Shown here: piece after piece, positions 29,344 to 38,988 of the stretch
How positions within the stretch are numbered: the first letter of the stretch is position 1
Layout of the letters: each line of letters starts with the position of its first letter
Source: a virus
Taxonomy: Duplodnaviria; Heunggongvirae; Uroviricota; Caudoviricetes
Direction: 5' to 3' (one strand)
DNA: 64,000 nt
IMG/VR virus record: IMGVR_UViG_3300026549_002476
The notes under the pieces: model-generated
The model's input: the letters and a program-made list of their open reading frames with translations, nothing else
Told to the model about the DNA's origin: nothing
Databases searched by the model: none
Program-made: the position numbers and the translations under genes

Positions 29344-30115
29344 AAATAGTATAAGAAACATAAAAAAATTGCATAGAAAGCCAAGAAAGAAAAAGGCTAG
29401 CACTAGGCATGATCTATATTATTCCGAAAGATTTCATGGGCATAGACAAAAGAAGAATAAGGAATATATAGATAAAATATTACAATCAAAAACAAGATTA
29501 ATGGTTGACATAACAAATTTTCATTGTACATACTGTGGAAGTGCAATGAAGCAAACTAAGATGATTGAAACTACTACAATTGCAAATAGTGAAGAACAGG
29601 AGAAAAGAGGCACAAAAATCATCGAAATTGAAGAATCAAGGATGCTGATTCTTCCAAAGAATGAGTTTTACATGGTTTGTCCTAAGTGTGGAGCCAGGTG
29701 CAGGGTTAAAAAGACAAATGGAAATAATTATAGAGTTATTTCCACACCAGCAGATGTACTTCTTAGAAAGCGTAGAGCTGAAGCACATTTCTATTTTAAT
29801 AGGCTTGTTAAATATGGAATAATAGACAGTGTGTATGATGCATATAACTGGTTAACTCAAGTTACTGGGATTAACATGTATGGTGTGACTACTCAAAGGC
29901 ACATCGGAGAAATGGGTAAAGCACTCTGTGAAAAAGTAATAACCGAGTCAGTAACTAAGTTATGTGAGAATTGGGATAAATGGCCAAAGTTGTTGCCAGT
30001 TTACAGGTCAAATGATAAAGATACTGGTAAAAATTTAAGTTATGTCAATAGTAATAATGAATTGAAACAAATGATAAGAGAAGCTAATAAGAAGTTTTCG
30101 GAAAGGACATCATAA
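29336..30115 (+). CDS. zinc-ribbon protein (C-x-x-C-G … C-P-K-C-G)
   Basis: RBS gtggagg plus ATG at 29336 (the track start at 29324 is a TTG). FHCTYCGSAMK and YMVCPKCGARCRV motifs. Confidence 0.4.
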   Translation: MSENSIRNIKKLHRKPRKKKASTRHDLYYSERFHGHRQKKNKEYIDKILQSKTRLMVDITNFHCTYCGSAMKQTKMIETTTIANSEEQEKRGTKIIEIEESRMLILPKNEFYMVCPKCGARCRVKKTNGNNYRVISTPADVLLRKRRAEAHFYFNRLVKYGIIDSVYDAYNWLTQVTGINMYGVTTQRHIGEMGKALCEKVITESVTKLCENWDKWPKLLPVYRSNDKDTGKNLSYVNSNNELKQMIREANKKFSERTS

Positions 30116-30121
30116 GTTAAT

Positions 30122-30913
30122 ATGCAAGCAATTGACAGCATGGAGAAATACACTGAAGAGTTTACTTCATATGTAAAAGATATGGAAGAACGTGCTGGTG
30201 ATAATAAGTTACAAGATTTTGCAAACTTAAGAAGATTTCCAATGGACATAATTAAGAAATCAGACATCTTTTATATTGAAGACGCAACTGAGATGCTTGT
30301 GCCTAAATACTTAAGTGAAGTTGATGACTTTGGAGTTATTTCTCCAACAAATAGAAAACCTATATTCCACAATAGATATGTAATTCCGATTAAGGATGTA
30401 AATGGGAATGTGCTAAACTTAGTTGGATACAGTCATGACGCAGATGAAAGATATGTTTATGGGACTGCCAAGTATTATAGACGTCGTGAAACAATGTATG
30501 GGCTTGAAAATTTGGAAATAGCATATGATTTAGGATATGCAATAGTGACTGAAGGTATTACTGATACTATTAGAGTGAGAAGCCTTGGATATCCAAATTG
30601 TTTTGCAATGTGTGGCACTCATAAAAGTGAGTTTATAATGAAACAGCTGAATAGATGCAGATATGGCGTGATTAAAATTCCAGACAGAGATGCACCTGGG
30701 CGTAGAGCATTGAAGGGTTGGGAGTGCAACCGGGGAGTTACATTATTTACATTTGTAACATATAAAGATATAGATGAAATGTGTGCTGATCCTGAACATC
30801 CAGATAATGAAAACATAGTTAAGGAATATATAGATGGATGCATAGAATGGTTAAAAACTCATGAACATAACGGAATCAAGTGTGAAAATGAAGAATTAAC
30901 AATAAACATTTAA
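30122..30913 (+). CDS. Toprim-domain protein, DnaG-type primase-like
   Basis: AIVTEGITDTIRV (Toprim E-G motif) and IKIPDRDAPGRRA (compare DnaG D-G-D-R-A-G-R-x-A). Confidence 0.55.
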   Translation: MQAIDSMEKYTEEFTSYVKDMEERAGDNKLQDFANLRRFPMDIIKKSDIFYIEDATEMLVPKYLSEVDDFGVISPTNRKPIFHNRYVIPIKDVNGNVLNLVGYSHDADERYVYGTAKYYRRRETMYGLENLEIAYDLGYAIVTEGITDTIRVRSLGYPNCFAMCGTHKSEFIMKQLNRCRYGVIKIPDRDAPGRRALKGWECNRGVTLFTFVTYKDIDEMCADPEHPDNENIVKEYIDGCIEWLKTHEHNGIKCENEELTINI

Positions 30914-31094
30914 AATTTAGGGGGTTATTAAAAATGATCTTTAAAGCAGCTATGATAGTAATTAGCAGTTTGCTTGCTTTTATAGCAGATGATGTAATCT
31001 AACATTGAGGTGAAGTATGAACTCACGTAACACTGATGGTTGGCATTGTGCAGATGATTGTGGAACAGATTGCAAAGGAAGAAGAATGTAAACT

Positions 31095-31481
31095 ATGCTG
31101 ACGCTGACAATTAAGAAGAAATGGTTTGACATGATTATGTCTGGAGAGAAAAAGGAAGAGTACCGGGAGATTAAGCCGTACTACGATTCCAGATTCCGAC
31201 ATGTTTGGCAGAGGAGCTTTGTAGGAGGCAAGGCACCACGGAAAATCAGGTTTCGCAACGGCTATTCCGCAGACTCACCGTCATTCATTGCGGCCTGCAC
31301 TTTGGATGTCGGGGAAGGGCAACCGGAATGGGGAGCAGAACCAGGTAAGCAGTATTATCGACTGCATATATTATCTGTAAATAATGAGAAAGATCCAAAA
31401 TGGTTTAAATTAGTCAATGAAAGTATAAATGAATATGAAGAAGTAAATCAAGCTGACATAATAGAAAAGTTTGACTTTTAA
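31095..31481 (+). CDS. ASCH-domain-like protein
   Basis: N-terminus MLTLTIKKKWFDMIMSGEKKEEYREIKPYY resembles the ASCH/PUA-like beta-barrel signature. The 5' two-thirds is conspicuously GC-rich. Confidence 0.45.
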   Translation: MLTLTIKKKWFDMIMSGEKKEEYREIKPYYDSRFRHVWQRSFVGGKAPRKIRFRNGYSADSPSFIAACTLDVGEGQPEWGAEPGKQYYRLHILSVNNEKDPKWFKLVNESINEYEEVNQADIIEKFDF

Positions 31482-31562
31482 TAATATATAAATGGCTTAA
31501 TATGTAAAACAAGGTTGTGGATTAAACATAATAAAATTTTTAATATAACAGAGGATTAAAAA

Positions 31563-32444
31563 ATGACTAAGAATTCTAATATTAAAAGTAAGAGAATTAT
31601 TGTTGTAGCTGTCGTAGTTATTATTGTACTTGCCATTATTAAACAGTCCATAGTGGTAATTCCCACAGGGTATACTGGTGTAAAATCTATTTTTGGGCAG
31701 GTAAGTAAGCAGTCTATGCCTAATGGCATTAATTTTAAAATCCCGTTTGTTGAGAAAGTGACAAAGGTCAATACAAAACAGCAGGATGATTATTTTGAAG
31801 GACAGATTTGGTCAGAGACTTCAGATATGACTGAAATTTACTATGATCAGATTACAGTAACATATCAGATTCTTCCTGACAAGGCTTCATGGATTGTGTC
31901 AAATGTGACGAATTACAGGGATGCTCTTGTGAACGCTACATCTGTGAGTTCTGCTGTAAAGGAAGCATCTCGACAGCTTGATTCTAAAAATGCAACGAAT
32001 CGTGGAAAGATTGAACCTTTAGTTCTGCAGTCTTTACAGGATTCTCTTGATAAGAAATATGGTGATCAGGTGGTAACAATTGATCGTGTTGTAATTGGGG
32101 ATGCTAACTTCGAGGAAAGTTATAACGAAGCTATTGCATCCAGACAGAAAGCCCAGATTGAAGCTGAGCAGCAGGCGATTGAGAACCAGAAAGCGATTGA
32201 CAAGGCGACTGCTGATGCAAAAGTTAAGACAACACAAGCTCAGGCTGATGCAGATGCAGCAGTGATTGAGGCTCAGGGCCAGGCTGATGCAAATAAACTG
32301 TTGAATGATTCAATTACTGATAAAACTTTAAAGCAGCAGTATCTTGATAAGTGGAACGGAGAACTTCCAAAGGTAACTTCTGGTTCTGATGTGATTGTTG
32401 GAATGGATGACCTTGGCAGTTCAGATAGTTCCGGAGCAGACTAA
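31563..32444 (+). CDS. SPFH/band-7 (prohibitin/stomatin/HflKC-like) membrane protein
   Basis: N-terminal TM helix IIVVAVVVIIVLAII, then GYTGVKSIFGQV…FKIPFVEKVTKVNTKQQ… SPFH-like core and an Ala/Gln-rich coiled-coil C-terminus. Confidence 0.65.
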   Translation: MTKNSNIKSKRIIVVAVVVIIVLAIIKQSIVVIPTGYTGVKSIFGQVSKQSMPNGINFKIPFVEKVTKVNTKQQDDYFEGQIWSETSDMTEIYYDQITVTYQILPDKASWIVSNVTNYRDALVNATSVSSAVKEASRQLDSKNATNRGKIEPLVLQSLQDSLDKKYGDQVVTIDRVVIGDANFEESYNEAIASRQKAQIEAEQQAIENQKAIDKATADAKVKTTQAQADADAAVIEAQGQADANKLLNDSITDKTLKQQYLDKWNGELPKVTSGSDVIVGMDDLGSSDSSGAD

Positions 32445-32449
32445 ATACA

Positions 32450-32848
32450 GTGGCATATACTTTTAAGATTGGAGATGTTACAGTGAATAAGAAATATAAA
32501 CTTGAGTATTATGTACTCAACGAAGAGTTTAATACCAATGAGATTGAAGAGTTTAACATCTTTAGAAATGCTGAATTGTATGAAAGTACATGTAATAACT
32601 TGGATGACTATTACAAAAATAAAATAACATTTAAAGAGTTTTGTGAAAAACTTGATAAAGATGTTATGTGGCAGGAATGGTCTAGGGCTGAATATGAAAT
32701 TTATGTATTGAAGCCCAGATATTCTAAGGGTACACCAGTAGAAAAACTGGATTTTGCAAAGATTGACTGCTATGCACAGTTTCATCCAAATTGCGAAATG
32801 GTGGCAAGGAACATTATTGAAATCAATAGGCCAAAGAAAGGAAATTGA
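32450..32848 (+). CDS. hypothetical protein (GTG start)
   Basis: ORF track only. Confidence 0.3.
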   Translation: MAYTFKIGDVTVNKKYKLEYYVLNEEFNTNEIEEFNIFRNAELYESTCNNLDDYYKNKITFKEFCEKLDKDVMWQEWSRAEYEIYVLKPRYSKGTPVEKLDFAKIDCYAQFHPNCEMVARNIIEINRPKKGN

Positions 32849-32854
32849 AATCAA

Positions 32855-33184
32855 ATGGATGTTAAGAATTACTGGAGTGTAAGTAGACAGCCATTTTGGA
32901 AAGCACATTATATGTTCTTAGACATTAGGAATGAGCTATCAACTAATGTATTCAAGAAATATAACTTACATGTTTATACAAGAGAAGAATACATTTCCAA
33001 GGACGGAACGTACAAGTTTATCTTTTGTGATATAGCAAAGAAAGATGTTGAAACATTCGAGAAATGTATGAAAGAACTTAGAAACAAGATGATTATACTT
33101 GAAAAAACAGATTATGATAAAATATGTGAAACAATAAACAATGATGTAAATAATAGACGTATCAATAATTTAAATAACAACTAA
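32855..33184 (+). CDS. hypothetical protein
   Basis: ORF with a weak RBS aagga. Confidence 0.35.
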   Translation: MDVKNYWSVSRQPFWKAHYMFLDIRNELSTNVFKKYNLHVYTREEYISKDGTYKFIFCDIAKKDVETFEKCMKELRNKMIILEKTDYDKICETINNDVNNRRINNLNNN

Positions 33185-33326
33185 AAATGATAGAGCTAGT
33201 TTGGATAATAGATATAAAACAAATATTAAATATGGGTTTAGTTTGAAAAATGATAGCATAACTTTTAGAAAATAGATCTAACTATGTAACCTATAAAATG
33301 ACTTTATTTTCATAAGTGGTGTAATT

Positions 33327-33361
33327 AAAAATCACAATTCTTGGCATGGATTGTGATTTTT
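33327..33361 (+). terminator. rho-independent terminator
   Basis: aaaatcacaat…attgtgatttt followed by taac. Confidence 0.55.
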
Positions 33362-33434
33362 AACATATAAGCCCGATGGTGGTGAATCTAGGGTGATCCT
33401 TAAATTATTTATATACTTAGGAGGAAATTTTATT

Positions 33435-35945
33435 ATGCCACAGGTAGTAAAAAGAGACAATCGAGTAGTTCAATTTGATGCGTCTAAAATTGAAAATGCA
33501 GTTTTGAAAGCATTCATTGACGTAGACAAGGAGGTGACGCCATTTGCAAGAGATAAGGCCCACAATATTGCAGTATATATTGAGGGTCAGGCTCAAGACA
33601 AAACACTGACAATTGAACAGATTCAGGATTACGTAGAGAATGGTTTAATGGCTACTAAGAGAAAAGATGTAGCCAGAGCTTACATGAGTTACCGAATGAA
33701 TAGAACGATAGCTCGTGAAAGAAAATCTTCTTTACACAAAGCCATTGAAGAGAAAATCTTGGCCAGTGATGTTAAGAATCAGAACGCCAATGTTGATGAA
33801 CACAGTTTTGGTGGTCGTAAAGGAGAAGCAGATAGTGTTTATATGAAGCAGTATGCTTTAAACTATCTTATCTCTGATAAGGCAAGATTCAATCATGAGA
33901 ATAACAGAATTTACATTCATGATCTTGATAGCTACGCAGTTGGTTCTCACAATTGCCTTACAGTACCATTTGATCACCTTCTGTCACATGGGTTCACAAC
34001 TCGCCAGACTGACGTTAGACCAGCAAGAAGTATCAGTACAGCAATGCAGTTGGTAGCAGTTATTTTCCAGCTACAGTCACTTGACCAGTTCGGTGGTGTA
34101 AGTGCAAGTCATATTGACACTTCGATGGTGCCATATGTAAGAATGAGCTTTAAGAAGCATTACATTACTTCTTATGTACTTGACTCAGATGATTTTGATA
34201 AGCTCAATGTTGATACAATGACTGAAGAAGAGCTTGATGACTTCATTGATGAGCGTAAAGATGAGTACATGAAGAAGTTAAACCTTACTGATTCAGATTT
34301 TACATTTGACAGTACAAAACTTGATGAACATCTCAAGAAGAAGGCAATACTTCTCACACGCAGGGAAGTTTATCAGGCAGTCGAAGCAACATTCCATAAC
34401 CTAAATACCTTGCAGAGCAGAAGTGGCAACCAGCTCCCCTTTACAAGCATTAATTTTGGATTGGATACTTCCCAAGAGGGTCGTTTAGTAACTCGTGCAC
34501 TTCTTGAGAAATCTATTGAGGGCGTTGGAAGTGTTCATAGAACATCAGTATTTCCTTGTTCCATTTTTCAAGTTAAGTCTGGCATTAACAAGTATCCGGA
34601 TGATCCGAACTACGACTTGTTTATGCTAGCTTTAAAGAGTACATCATTACGACTTTACCCAAATTATGCAAATGCAAATGTTAAGATGCAGCAGAATTGG
34701 GTTAAGATGGACAGGGAAGTTAAGCACAGAGTGATTAATGAGATGTCCGATGAAGATAAAAAGACATTAGCAATTAGATTAAAAGAGAATCCGAGTTTAC
34801 AGGAATCACTTCTTCTCGACTTACATGATGATGGTACATTCACAGTTCATGAAGAAGAAGTACCTATTGAAGTGTTCTCAACCATGGGATGCAGGACTCA
34901 GAACGGCTTTGATTGTTGGGCTGAACATTCATTTAGAGAGAATGTGGCTCATGTAATTAAAGACGGAACATTGTATGATAATTATGTATCTGGAGCACAG
35001 AAAGATGGACGTGGAAACATTTGTCCAGCTACAATAATTCTTCCTACACTTGCTATGGAGGCAAGAGAGAAGGCAGGAGATGGAGCAACTGAAGATGAAC
35101 TTGTAGAAACTTTTATGAATATACTTTCAGTTGCACTTGATGACACTAGGGATGAATTGATGGAGCGTTTCGAGCATATTTGTTCACAGTCAGCTAAGTC
35201 AGCTCCGTTTATGTATCCTAATAACACAATGTATGGATATGTACCTGCTGAAGGAATTCGTTCAGCATTACGCCATGGGACATTAGCCGTAGGTCAGTTG
35301 GGTATAGCAGAAACACTTCAGCTTCTGATTGGTTGTGATCAGACTAATCCAAAGGGTTTGGCATTAGCTGAAAGAATTGAACAGCTTTATGAAAAGAAAT
35401 GTAACGAGTTTAAAAAGAAGTATCATTTGAATTTTGGAGTATACTTCACCCCAGCAGAGAACCTGTGTTATACTGCAATGCTTAAGTTCCAGAGTAAGTA
35501 TGGCAAGATTAAGGGTGTATCAGACAAGGATTTCTTCACAAACAGCATGCATGTGCCAGTTTGGGATAAGATTGATCCATTTAAGAAAATTGACATTGAA
35601 TCTAAATTAACTAAGTATAGTACAGCTGGATGCATTACTTACATTGAACTTGACAATAATTGTCGTAACAACTTAAAAGTGTTGGAGCAGATGGTAGTTT
35701 ATGCCATGGATCATGATGTTCCATACTTTGCAATTAATGTGCCGAATGACACATGTTTGGATTGCGGTTATACTGGTGAGTTTAATGATCATTGTCCAGT
35801 GTGTGGAAGTAAACATATTCAACAGTTACGACGTGTAACTGGCTATCTTACTGGCAATTACACAACAGCATTTAATAAAGGTAAGCAAGAAGAAGTTAGG
35901 ATGCGCTATAAGCATTCAAATAGCTTAAGTAACTGGAATAAATAA
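33435..35945 (+). CDS. nrdD: anaerobic ribonucleoside-triphosphate reductase (class III RNR)
   Basis: RBS ggagga plus ATG at 33435. N-terminal ATP-cone (VVKRDNRVVQFDASKIENAV). C-terminal Zn ribbon CLDCGYTGEF…CPVCGS and glycine-radical motif RRVTGYL. Confidence 0.85.
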   Translation: MPQVVKRDNRVVQFDASKIENAVLKAFIDVDKEVTPFARDKAHNIAVYIEGQAQDKTLTIEQIQDYVENGLMATKRKDVARAYMSYRMNRTIARERKSSLHKAIEEKILASDVKNQNANVDEHSFGGRKGEADSVYMKQYALNYLISDKARFNHENNRIYIHDLDSYAVGSHNCLTVPFDHLLSHGFTTRQTDVRPARSISTAMQLVAVIFQLQSLDQFGGVSASHIDTSMVPYVRMSFKKHYITSYVLDSDDFDKLNVDTMTEEELDDFIDERKDEYMKKLNLTDSDFTFDSTKLDEHLKKKAILLTRREVYQAVEATFHNLNTLQSRSGNQLPFTSINFGLDTSQEGRLVTRALLEKSIEGVGSVHRTSVFPCSIFQVKSGINKYPDDPNYDLFMLALKSTSLRLYPNYANANVKMQQNWVKMDREVKHRVINEMSDEDKKTLAIRLKENPSLQESLLLDLHDDGTFTVHEEEVPIEVFSTMGCRTQNGFDCWAEHSFRENVAHVIKDGTLYDNYVSGAQKDGRGNICPATIILPTLAMEAREKAGDGATEDELVETFMNILSVALDDTRDELMERFEHICSQSAKSAPFMYPNNTMYGYVPAEGIRSALRHGTLAVGQLGIAETLQLLIGCDQTNPKGLALAERIEQLYEKKCNEFKKKYHLNFGVYFTPAENLCYTAMLKFQSKYGKIKGVSDKDFFTNSMHVPVWDKIDPFKKIDIESKLTKYSTAGCITYIELDNNCRNNLKVLEQMVVYAMDHDVPYFAINVPNDTCLDCGYTGEFNDHCPVCGSKHIQQLRRVTGYLTGNYTTAFNKGKQEEVRMRYKHSNSLSNWNK

Positions 35946-35967
35946 CGAATTGTAAGAAGTGATAGTG

Positions 35968-36006
35968 ATACCTACTGCCATCTATTATAGGCAGTAGGTA
36001 TTTTTA
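35968..36006 (+). terminator. rho-independent terminator after nrdD
   Basis: atacctactgcc…ggcagtaggtat 12-bp stem plus ttttt. Confidence 0.75.
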
Positions 36007-36063
36007 TGATTTGACTTATATGTAATGGGGATGTATTTTTAATTAGATTTTGGAGATTTTATT

Positions 36064-36618
36064 ATGAATATTCATTACGCTGGCCTTATGTACAATGATG
36101 TATTAGATTCAGTTGAAGGAATAGCAGTATCATTTTGGACTCAAGGCTGTCCATATCATTGTGAGGGATGTCATAATCCACAGACATGGGATCCAAATGG
36201 GGGCTTACAGATAGATCTTGAATTACTTAAACAAGGGATTTTGCAGGGTTTGATAGCTGATGGGGTTGAAAGAAACTTTTCAATTCTTGGTGGTGAACCA
36301 TTGTATGATGGAAATATTCAGATTACAGAAAGTTTACTCACATCAGTAAAACTAGTTTATCCATGGGTTAAAACTACAGTTTGGACAGGAAATACCTATG
36401 AAAAAATAGTGACTGATAAAAGATTTGAAAAGGTACTTAATAACTTAGATTATATGATAGATGGGCCTTTTATTCTAAGCAAGAGAGATATTACATTACC
36501 ATTAAGGGGTTCAAGTAATCAGAGAATAATAGATGTTAAGCAGTCATTAAAAGATGGGGAAGTTAAAGAAATTGATATAGAAAGTATGAAAGATCCACAG
36601 ATGAGGTATAAAGCATGA
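36064..36618 (+). CDS. nrdG: anaerobic RNR activating protein (radical-SAM)
   Basis: N-terminus YAGLMYNDVLDSVEGIAVSFWTQGCPYHCEGCHN, the typical NrdG start with its Cys cluster. Immediately downstream of nrdD. Confidence 0.8.
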   Translation: MNIHYAGLMYNDVLDSVEGIAVSFWTQGCPYHCEGCHNPQTWDPNGGLQIDLELLKQGILQGLIADGVERNFSILGGEPLYDGNIQITESLLTSVKLVYPWVKTTVWTGNTYEKIVTDKRFEKVLNNLDYMIDGPFILSKRDITLPLRGSSNQRIIDVKQSLKDGEVKEIDIESMKDPQMRYKA

Positions 36619-37004
36619 AGATTATAGATTTTAAGAAAAAGGGAAACGTAGTTAGGTTTTATCTTGGCAATGATAATTTAAAAGACTGGTATGGTGACGA
36701 TTGGAATGACGTCTCATATGAGCACAATGCCGGAGATGTTTATAGCGAGTTTATCAAAGGAACTAAGGACATAGTATTTCCGTTTGATGATCTCGTATTA
36801 GAGCCAAGTGACACTTATGAGGCTGAGAGCGGATACTGTAAGAACGATATGGTTGACAGAAGAATTCCATGTATTATTGTAGTGCCTGGTAAATTAGCTA
36901 CAAATTCATATCATGAAGACTTTGGATATTGGGTTGGATCTGATAAGATTAAGAAGTTTTACTTTGGTGATAAAATGGAACCAGATGAAAATTATAACAA
37001 ATAG
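36615..37004 (+). CDS. hypothetical protein
   Basis: ORF overlapping the nrdG stop (ATGA). Confidence 0.4.
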   Translation: MKIIDFKKKGNVVRFYLGNDNLKDWYGDDWNDVSYEHNAGDVYSEFIKGTKDIVFPFDDLVLEPSDTYEAESGYCKNDMVDRRIPCIIVVPGKLATNSYHEDFGYWVGSDKIKKFYFGDKMEPDENYNK

Positions 37005-37129
37005 TGATGGGAACTCGATCAGCTGGATAGGGCAGAGGAAGACAGCGGAGAACCCGAGTGGGACGTTAGATCACACAAGCCGATGATGTGCGGCAGAGAG
37101 CCAGTCCCGAATATTGAGAGGGTGGACGG

Positions 37130-37285
37130 ATGAAAGAGACAACGCTTTATGTTTGCGAAATCTGCGGCACAAGGTACACCAGCATAACAGAAGCACCTTC
37201 AGAACCTACGGCGGACATGGGCGAAGGTTTTATGCGCATTCCAGACGGGGTAGACGATGAAGGACTCCCATTCAATTGTGGTTAA
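37130..37285 (+). CDS. small zinc-ribbon protein (51 aa, CEICGTRY…)
   Basis: RBS gagagggtggacgg plus ATG at 37130. Below the ORF-track size cutoff. Overlaps the annotated start of the next ORF. Confidence 0.3.
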   Translation: MKETTLYVCEICGTRYTSITEAPSEPTADMGEGFMRIPDGVDDEGLPFNCG

Positions 37286-37682
37286 TGAGGTAACGGAATG
37301 GAGCAAGCAAATGAACATTGAAAATATAGCAATCAAAGATATAAAACTATATGAGCGGAATGCGAAGAAATATGATGAGCGACAAATAAAAAATGTAATG
37401 CAATCAATTAAAAATTATCGCATAGTTCAGCCATTGGTTGTTGATAAAGATAATGTTCTAATAATTGGACATTGTAGACTTATTGCATGTAAACGTTTAG
37501 GCATAACCGAAGTGCATGTTGTGAGAAAAGACGATTTGACACAAGAGGATGTGGACAAATTACGGCTTTTAGACAACAAGTTAAACGAAAGCGAATGGGA
37601 TTTTGATTTACTTTGCGAAGCAGAACAGTGGAAAAGGAAGATCAAAAATGAACACGGAAACGTTAGTAAATCAGATATTTGA
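37257..37682 (+). CDS. ParB-like nuclease domain (ParBc) protein; likely true start 37311
   Basis: IAIKDIKLYERNAKKYDERQIKNVMQSIKNYRIVQPLVVDKDNVLIIGHCRLIACKRLGITEV matches the ParB N-terminal/ParBc core. Confidence 0.5.
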   Translation: MKDSHSIVVNEVTEWSKQMNIENIAIKDIKLYERNAKKYDERQIKNVMQSIKNYRIVQPLVVDKDNVLIIGHCRLIACKRLGITEVHVVRKDDLTQEDVDKLRLLDNKLNESEWDFDLLCEAEQWKRKIKNEHGNVSKSDI

Positions 37683-37905
37683 AAAAGAGCCGAATGCCGT
37701 TACACCGAATGATATTATGCGGTTTCCTTCCGCACAGCCAGAACGTCAGAAGGGTGAGTGGATAGAAATACCCTCAATAAGTCACACTTATAAATGCTCA
37801 GAGTGTGGAAGGCTTCTTGTCAATATCACGGATGGTAAAAACAATGTTGCAAGGAATTATCCGTATTGTCACTGTGGAGCAGATATGAGAGGTGAACAGG
37901 AATGA
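37648..37905 (+). CDS. small zinc-ribbon protein (CSECG…YCHCGADM)
   Basis: RBS ggaaaaggaag plus ATG at 37648. CxxC…CxC, tail similar to other Zn-ribbon proteins in the window. Confidence 0.4.
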   Translation: MNTETLVNQIFEKEPNAVTPNDIMRFPSAQPERQKGEWIEIPSISHTYKCSECGRLLVNITDGKNNVARNYPYCHCGADMRGEQE

Positions 37906-38150
37906 TTGATGCAGGTACGATCTTGGAAGTTACAAGAAATCTGATAGGTGCAACCGAGCCATACGGCGATTCTGCCATTGACAGAGAGCGTACGCAGAAT
38001 CTTGACAAGCTGATTTACATCGTTGATGAATTGCTATATGACGTTGAGAAGGTGGCGGTTAATAAAGCATTGGAAGCAATAGAGGCGTTGCCATCCGCAC
38101 AGCAGTGGATACCGTGCAGTGAAGTGACCGGAGAAAGGAAAGAAGAATGA
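37902..38150 (+). CDS. hypothetical small protein
   Basis: ATGA overlap with the upstream stop. Confidence 0.35.
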   Translation: MIDAGTILEVTRNLIGATEPYGDSAIDRERTQNLDKLIYIVDELLYDVEKVAVNKALEAIEALPSAQQWIPCSEVTGERKEE

Positions 38151-38302
38151 ACATCAGAGCATGCAAGGGATGTATTTATTTCACAAAATATTACGGAAAC
38201 AAGAACAAGAAGGGCGAACAAACCGTAAGCAACTATTGGTGCGTAGCAAAGCAAACAATGCTTAAGAGGTTTCCAAAAGAATGCGAAAGGAAAGAAGAAT
38301 GA
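38147..38302 (+). CDS. small Cys-containing protein (51 aa)
   Basis: ATGA overlap with the upstream stop (translational coupling). CKGC…C…C residues. Confidence 0.25.
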   Translation: MNIRACKGCIYFTKYYGNKNKKGEQTVSNYWCVAKQTMLKRFPKECERKEE

Positions 38303-38332
38303 CAAAACGTTTCAAAAGATGTCTGGTGGCAG

Positions 38333-38530
38333 ATGATTCAGCTTCTTCCAGAATCTTATAATCAGCGAAGAACTATCACGATGAACTACGAGAATGTCTT
38401 TACGATCATTAAGCAGAGAAGTGGACACAAGTTGGATGAGTGGGTTGAGTTCATTAAAATTCTTAAAACACTGCTGTATGTAATGGAGATTGGAGGTATG
38501 AATGACAAAGGAGGAAATGGCAATGAGTGA
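38333..38530 (+). CDS. hypothetical small protein
   Basis: ORF track only. Confidence 0.25.
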   Translation: MIQLLPESYNQRRTITMNYENVFTIIKQRSGHKLDEWVEFIKILKTLLYVMEIGGMNDKGGNGNE

Positions 38531-38843
38531 GTATAAGTTAATTGCTGAAGAGGGATATAATGATGGATATTACTGGGATCAGAGGTACTGCTTTGAACTA
38601 GATGGTAAGCGATACATTTTGGTAGATGTTGGAAGCTTGTCTGGATATATCTCAAACCATGGAGAAATCATGGAAGTGGAAAACGATGAAAGTCTAGATA
38701 TTTTGCTTAAAGATTGGGATATTGATAAAATGGATAAACCACATGATCTTGCTGAGGAAGACGCAATTCAATATGTAAAGCAATTAAAGGAGTCGGGGAT
38801 ACAGGCAGGTGAATCGTTTGAACTGTGGAGCTATGATTGGTAA
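38502..38843 (+). CDS. hypothetical protein
   Basis: ORF with RBS-like ggagg upstream. Confidence 0.35.
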   Translation: MTKEEMAMSEYKLIAEEGYNDGYYWDQRYCFELDGKRYILVDVGSLSGYISNHGEIMEVENDESLDILLKDWDIDKMDKPHDLAEEDAIQYVKQLKESGIQAGESFELWSYDW

Positions 38844-38988
38844 GTTGAGCAGTTTCGACCAAAATAAGATAGATGCTTTTTACAAGGGTTCAGTACCTAT
38901 TGCCTGGATGCCATTACCAAAGTCATACAATGCAGAAACGAGGTAGAGAAGAAATTCATTATACTAAGCAATTATAGGAGAAATAACT

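Noticed and set aside
33393-33434. Upstream extension of nrdD to the ATG at 33393 (MILKLFIYLGGNFI…).
   Set aside because: The RBS ggagga lies inside that extension, immediately upstream of the ATG at 33435, which begins the conserved ATP-cone. The shorter start is preferred.
36011-36039. Sigma-70-like promoter TTGACT-N17-TATTTT upstream of nrdG.
   Set aside because: Plausible but unverifiable by eye in AT-rich DNA, where such matches occur by chance. Not reported as a feature.
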